Positions 53,333 to 64,000 of a stretch of 64,000 bases of DNA are shown here, in pieces. Each line of letters starts with the position of its first letter. The stretch's first letter is position 1. Origin of the DNA: Pseudogymnoascus verrucosus. Its lineage: Eukaryota. The notes beneath the pieces are model-generated. The model was given only the letters and a program-made list of their open reading frames with translations, was not told the DNA's origin and did no database searches. The DNA is taken from NCBI GenBank assembly GCA_001662655.1, contig KV460232.1, one strand, 5' to 3'. The translations under genes were made by a program, and so were the position numbers.

Positions 53333-54354
53333 CTATTTATCCGCGTCATCTGGACCTTTCGTCAAGATGGCTGCCTGTCCAGTACCAGGAGTACGCCCAG
53401 TCTTCTTCTTAGCTGCCTCCTCCTGCTTCTCCGTCTCAATGTTCTTGACGTAGCTCTCAATGTCCTCCACTGGCAGCATCTCCACCGTCTTCCCAGGTGC
53501 CATGATGGCAATCTCAATGTTCTTAGCCCCGGTCTGCACAACCTCGAGGAGCGACTTGATCGTCAGCCTGATTGTCTCCTCACGGTCCATATCATCCTTG
53601 TGATTCCGCTCCAAAAATTCGCGAACTGTCTTGCTCGATCTACCGATGGCGTTCGCCTTCCTATTTGAGTTGTAAGTATATAGCCATGGATGTAAATAAA
53701 GAATAATTGGGGGACCTACCATGCCGAGTAGATTCCAGATGGCTCCGTCTGGTAGAGTCTGGGTGTTGAGTCGTTGGGGTCGAATCCAACAATCAAGGTG
53801 CTGATGCCAAACGGTCTCACACCTCCACTCTGCGTGTATCTCTGCTGAACACCAGCCACATACTTCGTGATGTATTCGATCGAAACCGCATCCTCAACAG
53901 TCAGGCGATGTGATTGTGCCTCTAACCTCGCCTTGTCGACCAGGATTCTGGCATCTGCGTTCAGGCCCGCGAAAGCAAGGCATACATGTGTATCGACCAG
54001 TCCGATCTTCGAGGGCGTAATGCGGGTGTCCTGTAACTTCATCGCCGAGCGCTTCTCGCATCCCAAAACCACGATATCCTTTCCCTTCACACCGACCGCG
54101 CAGGTTCCTGGGTAGAGGTCAGTATGTATGGTTGCGTCGATAGGGACGGGCTACGCACCTCTCTTCACGGCCTCCAGTGCATATTCGACCTGGAAAACGT
54201 GTCCATCAGGACTTCACAGCTGTTAGAAAGGCGAAGGCAACATGGCACGTATGGAATTACCTGAATACTATGGAGCTATTAGCTTGGTCCCCAACGGACG
54301 GATACAGTAATGGAGCTGATGCTTACCGGAGAGAGCTCTGTCGTATCCTGACAT
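53333..54354 (-). CDS. PRE6: 20S proteasome subunit alpha-4 (PSMA7)
   Basis: [46 protein letters not shown]; multi-exon. Confidence 0.96.
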
Positions 54355-54659
54355 CTTGAATTATGACCTTTATGCGTTTTATACCCAGGAATCGATATGG
54401 ATCCAGGTTACTGTAATGAATTGCAGCTTGTAATAAGGTCGTTGAGTTGCTTGTCAGTGGTCTGGTCTGGACTTAGGCTACGAGAGCATACGCATGGAGA
54501 GCTACGCGACGGGAGCTACACAGTTACTGTTGCCTCGTATGTCAGGCAAACACGACAAGGCTGAGGAATTGCGAAATCGGCGGGCTTGGCATCGGCGGCT
54601 TGGGTCTGGGGTTTACTTCAAGGGTGCTCAATCCGTACATTTAGAGCATCAAACTAAAA

Positions 54660-56344
54660 ATGGCTTGTCGGTCGAGGATTGTGCCTACGCTGAAGCGTAC
54701 CAGGCTTTCCCCACGGTACGCCGTGAGCGCCCAACAGCTCAGGGCGCCCCTCCAATGCCGATGGCAGACCACCGCAGCTCCAGATGCGAAAGCCCAAGAG
54801 GGCACGAAAATTATCAAATTCACCACCGACTCATACCCAGAGATCAAGCGTGACAGCCGCTTTGCTGAAATCACTCCTGAGCATGTCGAGTATTTCAAGG
54901 GCATTCTTGGCAAGGAATCTGCGCTCATCGACGGCGTCACCAAGGATGCTACCGACGATATGGAGCCGTTCAATGCGGATTGGATGCGCAAATACCGCGG
55001 GCACACGAAGCTAGTTCTCAAGCCGGGCTCGACGGAAGAAGTCAGCAAGATCCTGAAATACTGCAACGATAATATGCTGGCCGTAGTGCCGCAGGGAGGG
55101 AACACGGGATTGGTCGGCGGATCGGTTCCAGTCTTTGACGAGATTGTTATTCAAATGGGCCGCATGAATGCGATTAGGTCGTTTGACGAGGTGTCCGGAA
55201 CATTAGTTGCGGATGCTGGATGCATTCTCGAGACCACCGACCGCTATCTTGCAGACCGTGGACATATCTTCCCCCTGGACCTCGGCGCGAAAGGCTCCTG
55301 CCATATCGGCGGCAACCTCGCGACCAATGCCGGTGGATTACGGCTCCTGAGATACGGCAGCTTGCACGGCACGGTTCTTGGTGTTGAGGCTGTCCTCCCA
55401 GATGGGACAATCGTGGACGAGCTCTCCAAGCTACGCAAGAACAACACCGGTTACGACCTCAAGCAGCTCTTCATCGGCGCAGAGGGCACAATCGGTATCA
55501 TAACCGGCGTCGCCATCCAATGCCCCCAACGCTCCAAAGCCGTCAACGTAGCATTTTTCGGCCTCGAGAGCTTCGAGAAGGTGCAAAAAGCCTTCATCGA
55601 AGCCAAGGGCCAACTAGGCGAGATCCTCTCCGCCTTCGAGCTCATGGACCGCAACTCCCAGCGCATGGTCAAGGAGTACACCAACAACAAATCCCCGCTC
55701 GAAGACGAGCACCCCTTCTACTGCCTCATCGAGACCAGCGGCTCCAACTCAGAGCACGACACCGAGAAGCTGGAGAAGTTCCTCGAGGACGTGATGGAGA
55801 AGGAGATTGTCCTCGACGGCGTCGTCGCGCAGGACGAGACGCAGATTAAGGCGCTCTGGAGCTGGAGAGAGGGTGTCCCGGAGGCGATTGGTGGGTTCGG
55901 CGGTGCGTATAAATACGACGTCTCCATCCCGCTGGCGGAGATGTATACCCTGGTCGAGGACACGCGGGTGCGTATGGAGGAGGCGGGGTTGATTGGCGAC
56001 AGCGACAGCCATCCGGTTAAGGACGTTGTTGGGTATGGACACATGGGTGATTCGAATTTGCACCTTAATGTCTCGGTTAGGAGATACGATAAAGCGGTTG
56101 AGAAGGCGCTGGAGCCTTGGGTGTATGAGTGGATTGAGAAGAGGTCGGGGAGTATTAGTGCAGAGCATGGGTTGGGGCTGGCGAAGAAGAAGTATATTGG
56201 GTATAGTAGGAGTGAGACTATGATTGGGCTGATGAAGCAAGTTAAGAATCTGTATGATCCGGTAAGTCTATGTTTTCCCCGAGGCTTGATGAGATTGCTA
56301 ACGGGGAGTAGAATGGGATTATGAACCCGTATAAGTATATATAA
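54660..56344 (+). CDS. DLD2: Mitochondrial D-2-hydroxyglutarate/D-lactate dehydrogenase (FAD-linked)
   Basis: PQGGNTGLVGGSVP, GAKGSCHIGGN, GHMGDSNLHLN, SAEHGLG; intron 56262-56311, last exon NGIMNPYKYI. Confidence 0.93.
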
Positions 56345-56584
56345 GCACCTAAGTTCGCCTCGACTCAATGAGAGCACGCGGCTGTATATACCCCTTAGCA
56401 TCTGTTGTAAAACCAAAAGTATTTGGCTTGCTGATAGTTAGAATATTACTATTAAATCGGTGCAAATTAAGGCGGTGCAAAATCATGAATACAATCTAGA
56501 TCTAACTCCGATATCCTTCTATCCAATAGCCAATCTATAACCAACTATTGGTATTTTACCAATCCACATCTATCTCTCCGCCCT

Positions 56585-57853
56585 CTAAATCTTCGTCTCC
56601 CCCCCCAAGAACCCCCCCAAAACAACAGCCTGCAACAACTGATTCGCAATCGCCGTATGCCCCGGCAACCTCAAATCGCCCTCCTTCCTCCCCTCTCCCG
56701 GCGCCTCATCCAACCCACTTGTCCCCGTCTTCAGCGCCACCCTCACCGTCTCGAAATCGAACCACTTCGCCTGCTCCAACTCAGGATCATGCTCGAGATT
56801 AATCTCCTCCCCCCCCTTCACCGCCTGCCCAATCGCGCCAATCATCAAGTTCGCCGGATACGGCCACGGCTGTGAACTATGCACCACCACTCTCCCAACC
56901 CTCACCCCGCTCTCTTCCCACACCTCCCTCCGTACCGCCTCCTCCACGCTCTCCGCTGGCTCGCAGAAGCCGGCAAGAGTACTATACCAGTCGGTAGGCC
57001 AGCGTTTTTGGCGGCCTAAGAGCACTTTCGTGCCGTCGTGGGAGATCACTGCCATGATGACTGTGGGGTCGGTGCGGGGAAAGGAGAGGTTAGAGACTAC
57101 GCCGCGGGTGGCGCAGGGGCCGCGGGCGGAGGCGCCAGGGGCGAGGTCGGCGGTGGGACAGACGCGCTTGGTGCCTGCGTGGACGGAAAGGGTGGGCTGG
57201 CCGCAGCCGGAGCAGAAGGGGTTGCGGGCGTTCCAGTCGAGAAGGGCGCGGGCTTGGGCGAAGATGGCGGCTGGGGGGTATTAGTGAGGTCTGTGGGGGA
57301 TGGGAGAGGGGGTGGTACCATCTGAAGCGTTGAGTGTCATGGCGCTTCGGCCTTGGAGGAAGATCAAATTCTTCGCCTTTAGGGTTTCAATGACCCCCTT
57401 TGCGGCCTCCTCATGCGAGCCCTTCGGTGTGATATCCACCGCGAAGTAAGGAACTCCCTTATATGCCTTATACTCAAACCCCTCATGTCTCTTATCATTG
57501 ATACCCAAGAACAAGATCAACGGCGAAGCCACCTTACTATTATACGCCTCAATCATCTCCGCCTCCGTCTTCGCAAACGGGTTCTCCCCAATCACCGCAC
57601 TGAGATCAGCATGGCTCACATACGCGAGGTTCGCGGCATCGCGGGCAGCCGGGGCGAGGTCGTCGACGGCCACAAAGGCGGTGCTGTGGTGCGTGAGGGC
57701 GGCGGCCAGGAAGGCGTGGTCGGTGCGGAGGAAGGAGAGGCGGTTGAGGGGGGAGCCGGAGAAGTAGTTTTGGACCTCGGGCCCGAATTTGCGGGTTAGC
57801 ATTGAGTCGAGGAGTTCGGGGGCGGCGAGGGGTAGGTCGGGTTGGGCCGGCAT
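56585..57853 (-). CDS. NPY1: NADH pyrophosphatase (Nudix, NudC family)
   Basis: FSGSPLNRLSFLR, Nudix box GFCEPAESVEEAVRREVWEESG, SQPWPYPANLM; one intron near 57272-57318. Confidence 0.93.
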
Positions 57854-58551
57854 TGAGGGATTGGGGGGAGGCGATGAGGTCGAGGGGTGGGTTTGAAGGA
57901 GATACTGGGGATGGAGATATATATGAATCTGAACTGGGCAAGGATAGAAGAAGGTTTGCCGATAAGGAGAATAGATAGAGTTGCGTCGGGCCAAGTGTTG
58001 GCGAAAGTGTGGGGTAAGGCAGCCCCGCGTTCTATTTCTTAAGTTGACCCTCGGCGCGATTTGTAATCAAAGACGTGCTGGCAGTGCAGCATGGAATGAT
58101 AGCAAGGTTTGGGATCTTGAGGGGGGAAGTGCAATATAGCAAAGCAATCAACCTCGATACATTTTTAAAATAAAGAAATACTCGAATACCTTCTAAGATA
58201 CGACAAAGGAAACAAATCTGATAGCTCTTCGAACCCTGGAGGGATTGACAAGCGCTTTCGGGGCGATAAGATCCACTATCAGCATGTGACCTTACTTGTG
58301 GAACCATCCTCACTGGGACGAGCGAGACAGTGTCGGTTACCGCCACATATTTAAGCCTTTCTTTGCCCTTCATTCCATCCTATCAACTCCAATAGCTGGG
58401 GAAACACCAGATTTCTCTTGTCCAGCTTCATTCTGGTTATTTCTATGCGGAGGGAATACGCAGTCCCTACATTACCCCAGCATAGGTGCCACGACAGACC
58501 GCACGCGAGACTCGGAAATGCCCACGTGACTCATCATCGAACGACAACACC

Positions 58552-59638
58552 ATGGTCCCACCGTCTCAAAGCCTCAATCTAGACGCAGAGGCTATCAGTG
58601 GTATCCTGGGGTCGATATCTATTGCATGTTGGGTCACGTAAGCCGTATCATCCTCCGTCACCCTCGCAGTCACTAACACATGCCAGTGTTTTCACACCCC
58701 AGATCCTCGAGAACTTCCGCCGTGCAAGCGCCGAGTCTCTATCCCTGGAATTCATAGTCATATGGAGTCTAGGTGACCTCTTCAATGTCTTCGGCGGCAT
58801 CCTACAAGGCGTTCTGCCTACGATGCTCATCCTGGCCGTATATTACGTCCTAGCTGACGTCGTCCTCATCTGGCAATGTCTGTACTACCGCGGCGTTCCC
58901 TCGCAGGAAGACTCCCCCACGCCGCCCTCCGAGAGTCAGCCGCAAGCTGAACCCAATGGGCGCCGTCCCAGCGGTCCCTCGCGCCGATCCAGCGTAGTGG
59001 ACGCAACGCACCTCTCCCCGGCCACCCCGTTGGCAGAGCCCACCAAGCCCAGCAGGCGACGCTCGACACCCCTGCAGACAGCCCTGCTGAACCTGCTCGC
59101 AGTCTTCATGGTTGCGGGCGCTGGGGTGTTCGGGTGGTGGGTGAGCACCGGGTCTCAGCGTGGGCCACAGAACCACGACCATGGGCACGGCCCGGCGCCA
59201 CCGCACCGTGAAAAGGGGGAGCTGCCTTTGGATCCCCTGGGCCAGGCGTTCGGCTACGGCTGCATGGTGATGTATCTCGGGTCGCGAGTGCCGCAGCTAA
59301 TACTGAACTGGCGGCGGCAGTCGACGGATGGCCTGTCGGGGATGTTCTTCCTGTTTGCGTGTCTGGGAAATGTGACGTATTTCCTGTCGATTTTGGCGTA
59401 TGAGCCGGCCTGTGTGAGGGAGGAGGCGGGGTGTGAGGAGGGCGAGGCGAGCAGGGTTTATGGGAGGTATCTGCTGGTTAACCTGTCATGGTTGATAGGG
59501 AGCATTGGGTGCTTGGTATTTGATTTTGGGATCTTATTGCAGTTCATTCGATACAGCGAGGCCAATGAGCTGGTCACTGCGAGTGAGGGGGAGAGGAGGC
59601 CGTTACTGGACGGGACTGATCCAAGGGAAGAGCGATGA
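58552..59638 (+). CDS. PQ-loop vacuolar basic amino-acid transporter (Ypq/PQLC2 family)
   Basis: SGILGSISIACW|VFTPQILENFRR and YLGSRVPQLILNWRRQS (two PQ loops); one intron. Confidence 0.92.
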
Positions 59639-61430
59639 TGAGAGATGTGTGTCTCTCCTTGCTGCGGAAACACGGGATATTTCTAGACATCCAACTTCAG
59701 AGATGCTGGCTGGATCCACGAGAACTGATTTGTCTGATAATGAATATGTATCATATACCGGGCGAGTTATTGCGATGTGTCTGACAATGCATCGGTGATA
59801 ATCGCCGTCTGACTGACACGGGCGATTTCATGCACAGCCCCATGAATCAGGCACCCGGTTTTTTTGAGACCTGCTGGTAGCGATCGAGTCGAGTTACCTC
59901 AGCGATAGTTACCTCCCCTCCTTCCTTGGCTCTCATGTAGTACCTACGACACGGCATCGGACGAGCAGCAGTATCGGGAAACGAGTAAAGTGTTCGGGGT
60001 GCGCAGACATGCATAAGCGTCTTGTGTACTATCCTGTGTACTATGGGTAGAGCAATGTGCGGTCGTGGGGTGTTTCGGGGTCGCCGAAGTCATGTGAGGA
60101 ACGACGCGAGTTGGTTGGCGGGCGCGTATCTTGATACGGTTCTAGAATAGAAGGGGATATCATATTGCTGCCTGGAGGGGAAAGTGGGATAATACAAGCC
60201 CGATTTTTGCAAAGTATACTTTTTCGTATTCTTGGCTTGTGAAACAGAAACAGAACCTGTTATTTCTGATGTGGTGGTGGTGGTGGTGATGAACGGAATG
60301 AGCCAGAGCAAGAATTCAGGTAATCGGCTGGTGCTCTCCTATAAGGCGTAAAAGACAGCTATAGTGGTGGACAGAGGGTGGTCAGAGTGCTGGTGGGTGG
60401 CAGACTTGGCAGCTAATTTAGGGGACGTGGGGAGGGGATGATGGTGCAATTAGAGCCAGTAACAGAGTTATCCCGCCGGCGCATCGGCCGCATGCTGTCT
60501 GTACCACCCGTAGATTACCGCCATCTGGTGTGTATCTAGTGGAATCTAGTGTATCTCTCAAGTACCAAGCCCCGTAAGGCTGAGCAAGCTGGACACCTAA
60601 AACTGCTGATCAGCGGTGTTGATCAGCGTACAAATAGTCGCCATAAAAGCCCTGAGAGGAAAAGAAAAACACGGCGACATTGAAAACCCGCCCCGCCGCC
60701 AATAGGACAAGCGGCCCAGATATCTGGTGTGGTACCTGGAAGCTACAAACTTCAAAAAACTTGGTCCCCATAATGCGGTATAATGCGGTGGCCTTGCGCC
60801 CTTCCGCCCCTCTTCCCACCCCTTCCCAACCCTTCCCAACACCCTTCCAACCCTTCAAAATACTCGTTAAACGGCCATCCCGGCGCTAGAGTCCTGCACC
60901 TCTTGCACCTCCTGCACCTCTCCTCCCCCAAAACCTCACCACCACCCACCTACCCACCTCCCCCAATCTCAAATATGCAGCCCTACGGACCAAAACGGAC
61001 ATTCATAGGTTAGGGATGACGAAGGGGGGGCCATCTTACCCGTTGCCTCCTAGTCCTAGTCACTGCGAGTTAGGAGTACTTCGGCGGGTTTATATCCTGC
61101 CAGTACCTACCTCGGAGCCAGCAGCAAGCACCCTTGGTCGTTATTTAACATTACAATTACACTACATTACACATCATCCCCGGCATTCCTCACAGAAACC
61201 AAATATTTTTTCTCTGATATATCTGTCGTTGCTGGTCGATCACCGCCAGCAGCTGTCCTAATCTTTATCCCGGACGTCGTATCTCATCATCTTTTCATTC
61301 ATATTCCTCGTCCTATCTACTACATCATCGTTGTTTTGTGTTCACCGTGTGCCCGGTTCCGTGAGATAACTACCCAAGCCCCCCTATCCCCCCGCCGTCC
61401 ACAACTGGTTGGCAAATACAGGCATGTATC

Positions 61431-63816
61431 ATGGTGTATGTCCTCTATCAGCCCTCATTCTTCACAACCAAGCTCTGTATTAACCAGCCCATGCAGTGGC
61501 GTTCCCGGCAAATTCAAAGGTTGCAACACCTGCCGCACTCGCCGAGTCAAGGTTGGATTCCCTTTTCCAACTTCTGTATCGTCAACAGTATGCTAACAAT
61601 GCACAGTGTGACAATGCTCGGCCAAAATGCCAGAAGTGCGTCGCTTCTGGCAGGGAGTGTGGAGGTTATGAGAGGCAGATGATATTCATCGTTGGCACGA
61701 CCAACGAGCGCGGTCGGTGTATGTTGAGCTCCCCCGCTATCCCGCTAGCCGTCCTGACTTCTAGAAAGGCAGCAGTCACCCGCACCGCTCTATCCTGACA
61801 GCGAAGCAGAAGATGGAGAAAGAGAAGGAAAGGGAGAGGGAAAGGGAAAGAGAGCTGTCAAGGCCGCAGGTTGATTGGCAGAGCCATAGTGAGGGAGAAC
61901 ATTCTTCAACGCTTCCTCCGACGCCGACGCCTATCAATGGCACTCCAACCCCTGAGATCTCGTGTGCTTTCTTACACTCGCCGTCTCTATCTCTCAATCC
62001 GTCTTTCGAAGCTGAAGGAGAGGCATTTTCTTTGCCAGGGCTCACTCACTCTCTGCCCGAGTTTAGTGACCCGGATTCGACTCGCGAGTTCTCTCTGCAT
62101 GCTTACTCATTCGTACGAGAGCCGGAGGCAACGCATCGGTCACGCCCAGCCGATGGAGATGTTAATCCACGAGCGAGAAAGAAGGCCCATCTAGAAGTTG
62201 ACACATACTCGACATCAAGAAATGGCCACGCCGAGCCTGTAACGACCCTCCTCTTTGTCTATAACGTAAATTAACCACCCAGCTTCTCCTGAACCATCTA
62301 ACACATCCACAGTCAACAGGAGCACCCGCTGGAGAGGCCGGTCCTTTCCACTGCCTCCACGGTGGCACCTCATCCGAGATAAAATCCCGCGACCCCTCAT
62401 CCTTCCAAAAATTCCCCGCCCACCAATTCTTCGCAAACCTCTACAGACCCTTCGCCGTACGTCCCGTCCCGTCCCCATATCCCAGCCCACCACCCCCCCC
62501 ACTAACCAACCCAGTGCTTCGACGCAATGTCCCGCCGCCAAGCCACCTTCCTCGCCCGCCCCGAATGGTGCGCCGCGCCCTGGGAAGACATCCCCAAAAC
62601 CGCCATGGACCGCCTCCTCGACATCCAAGTCATGCTCCCCGGCATCTTCGAGCGCGCTAGACGCACAGAGGCGTTCCCTCCCTCCGCTTACAGGAGGTTA
62701 AAAGCTAAAGACCTGCTTGACAACTGCACCCGCCTCGATAAGAGTTTCGAGGAGTGGTACAGCGATTTAAAATCCCAGTCCGACGGCCCACTCTACTGGA
62801 CCGTCGACGCCGCACACTCCTTCAACCCGAAACACCGCAACGAGCTCAACGCCCTCTTCCCCACCGCCCTCGAGTTCATCGACATCAACACCGCCCTCCT
62901 CCACCTTAACTACTGGGCCGCCCTCTGCCTCTTCTACCAAACCATCCAGCAAGTCCAGCAGAACTGCATGGAAGTCGCCCCCTCCCCCCCCGCACGCTCA
63001 TCCTACACCCCTCCCGTGCCCGCACACTCTACCTACTCCCCGCCCAGCACGCGTGCGTTCGCGGAGGCGGGGGGGTACATGGGGTCTAGCCCTTCGTACT
63101 CTACGCCCTCCCCGCACGCATCCGTTTCCCCGGCGGCGGATTTGTATAACCCCGCGCCGTATGAACAGAGTACCTATGCTGCTCAACAGGCCTACCCGAC
63201 TTACCAGCGAAACGGCGCGTATCAGGCAGCGCAGACATACACGACTACTTCATCACTCTCATCCACCTACCCCGCGACCGCGCACCCGAATCTGGGGTAT
63301 ACACTCCCCACGCCAACACCGCTTTACCCAACGAATCCCTACGACCTCTCTGAGCCCTTCCTCTTCACCACCACCCCGCCTGACGTGTATCAAAACCCGT
63401 CCTCCCTCGCGTCGCTTAACCCGTCGGTGGCGGCGGGTTCATTCCCTTTCTACCTCGCCCCTCACTCCCTGTCCTCCCCGCAACAACACCCACCACACCA
63501 GACACACCAACGCGTGCCCTCACCCACCCCACCACCACTAGACCAGAAATTCTCGGCCCAAGCAACAGGGGAGCTAGCGAGGAGGATTGGGATGGGAATT
63601 CTTTATGTGCTACGCAGGGGGGGCGCGGGGGAAGGGGTGGCCTGGCCGCTGAGGTGTGTGGGGGAGGTGTTTGGGGGGGAGGGGTGGGTTGAGGGGGTGC
63701 GGTGGTGTGGGGAGGTTGGGAGGGTTGTTAGGGGGATGGGGTTGGAGAGGGGGGTGGGTGGGTTGGAGAGGGAGAGGTGGAGGGTTGTTGGGGGGGAGGA
63801 GGAGGGGGAGGAGTAG
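61431..63816 (+). CDS. Zn2Cys6 transcription factor, multi-exon
   Basis: Spliced MV|GVPGKFKGCNTCRTRRVK|CDNARPKCQKCVASGRECGGY; RRQATFLARPEWCAAPW motif; several short introns, internal structure approximate. Confidence 0.85.
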
Positions 63817-64000
63817 TGTGGGGTGTGGGGGAGGGGTAGGTGGGGGTTGAGGGAAAGAATGGGGGTGTACGATATATCATAATTTTGGTGGGAGTTTAGG
63901 GGGGTGGAGAGGGGAATGGAGAGGGGGGTCTAAGCATAGCTTGGTCGCGTTGAGCGCGAATGCAAAAATGAAAATGAAATCATCTGATATAATACAACAA

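Noticed and set aside
60820..60860. CCCTTCCCA-type short repeats (similar repeats at 37405, 30305, 27680)
   Set aside because: Simple slippage repeats without spacers; not CRISPR-like or telomeric.

Overview
Intron-rich filamentous ascomycete (Pezizomycotina) DNA; a Leotiomycete/Pseudogymnoascus-like source is an impression from style only. About 21 protein-coding loci can be supported: an opsin (3' part), a truncated DNA-ligase-like gene, a DUF4048-like protein, TIM22, PRP45, a p24 protein, UBP15/USP7, a PDK/BCKDK-family kinase, CDC12, PWP2, two Zn2Cys6 transcription factors, a WDR83-like protein, an asparaginase-ankyrin protein, THI4, a TRK transporter, SSL2, a CHY zinc-finger protein, PRE6, DLD2, NPY1 and a PQ-loop transporter. 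A ~13 kb region without recognisable genes lies upstream of the first Zn2Cys6 factor. Most notable: (1) an intron-containing tRNA gene whose best structural register gives anticodon UCA (reads the UGA stop) but which lacks the tRNA-Sec long arm; (2) a complete TPP riboswitch with alternative 5' splice sites and uAUGs in the THI4 leader; (3) an opsin with a DTS motif lacking the proton donor; (4) a candidate structured ncRNA or spliced uORF upstream of the kinase; (5) a predicted spliced uORF before the first Zn2Cys6 factor. All exon boundaries and RNA pairings were read by eye and are unverified.
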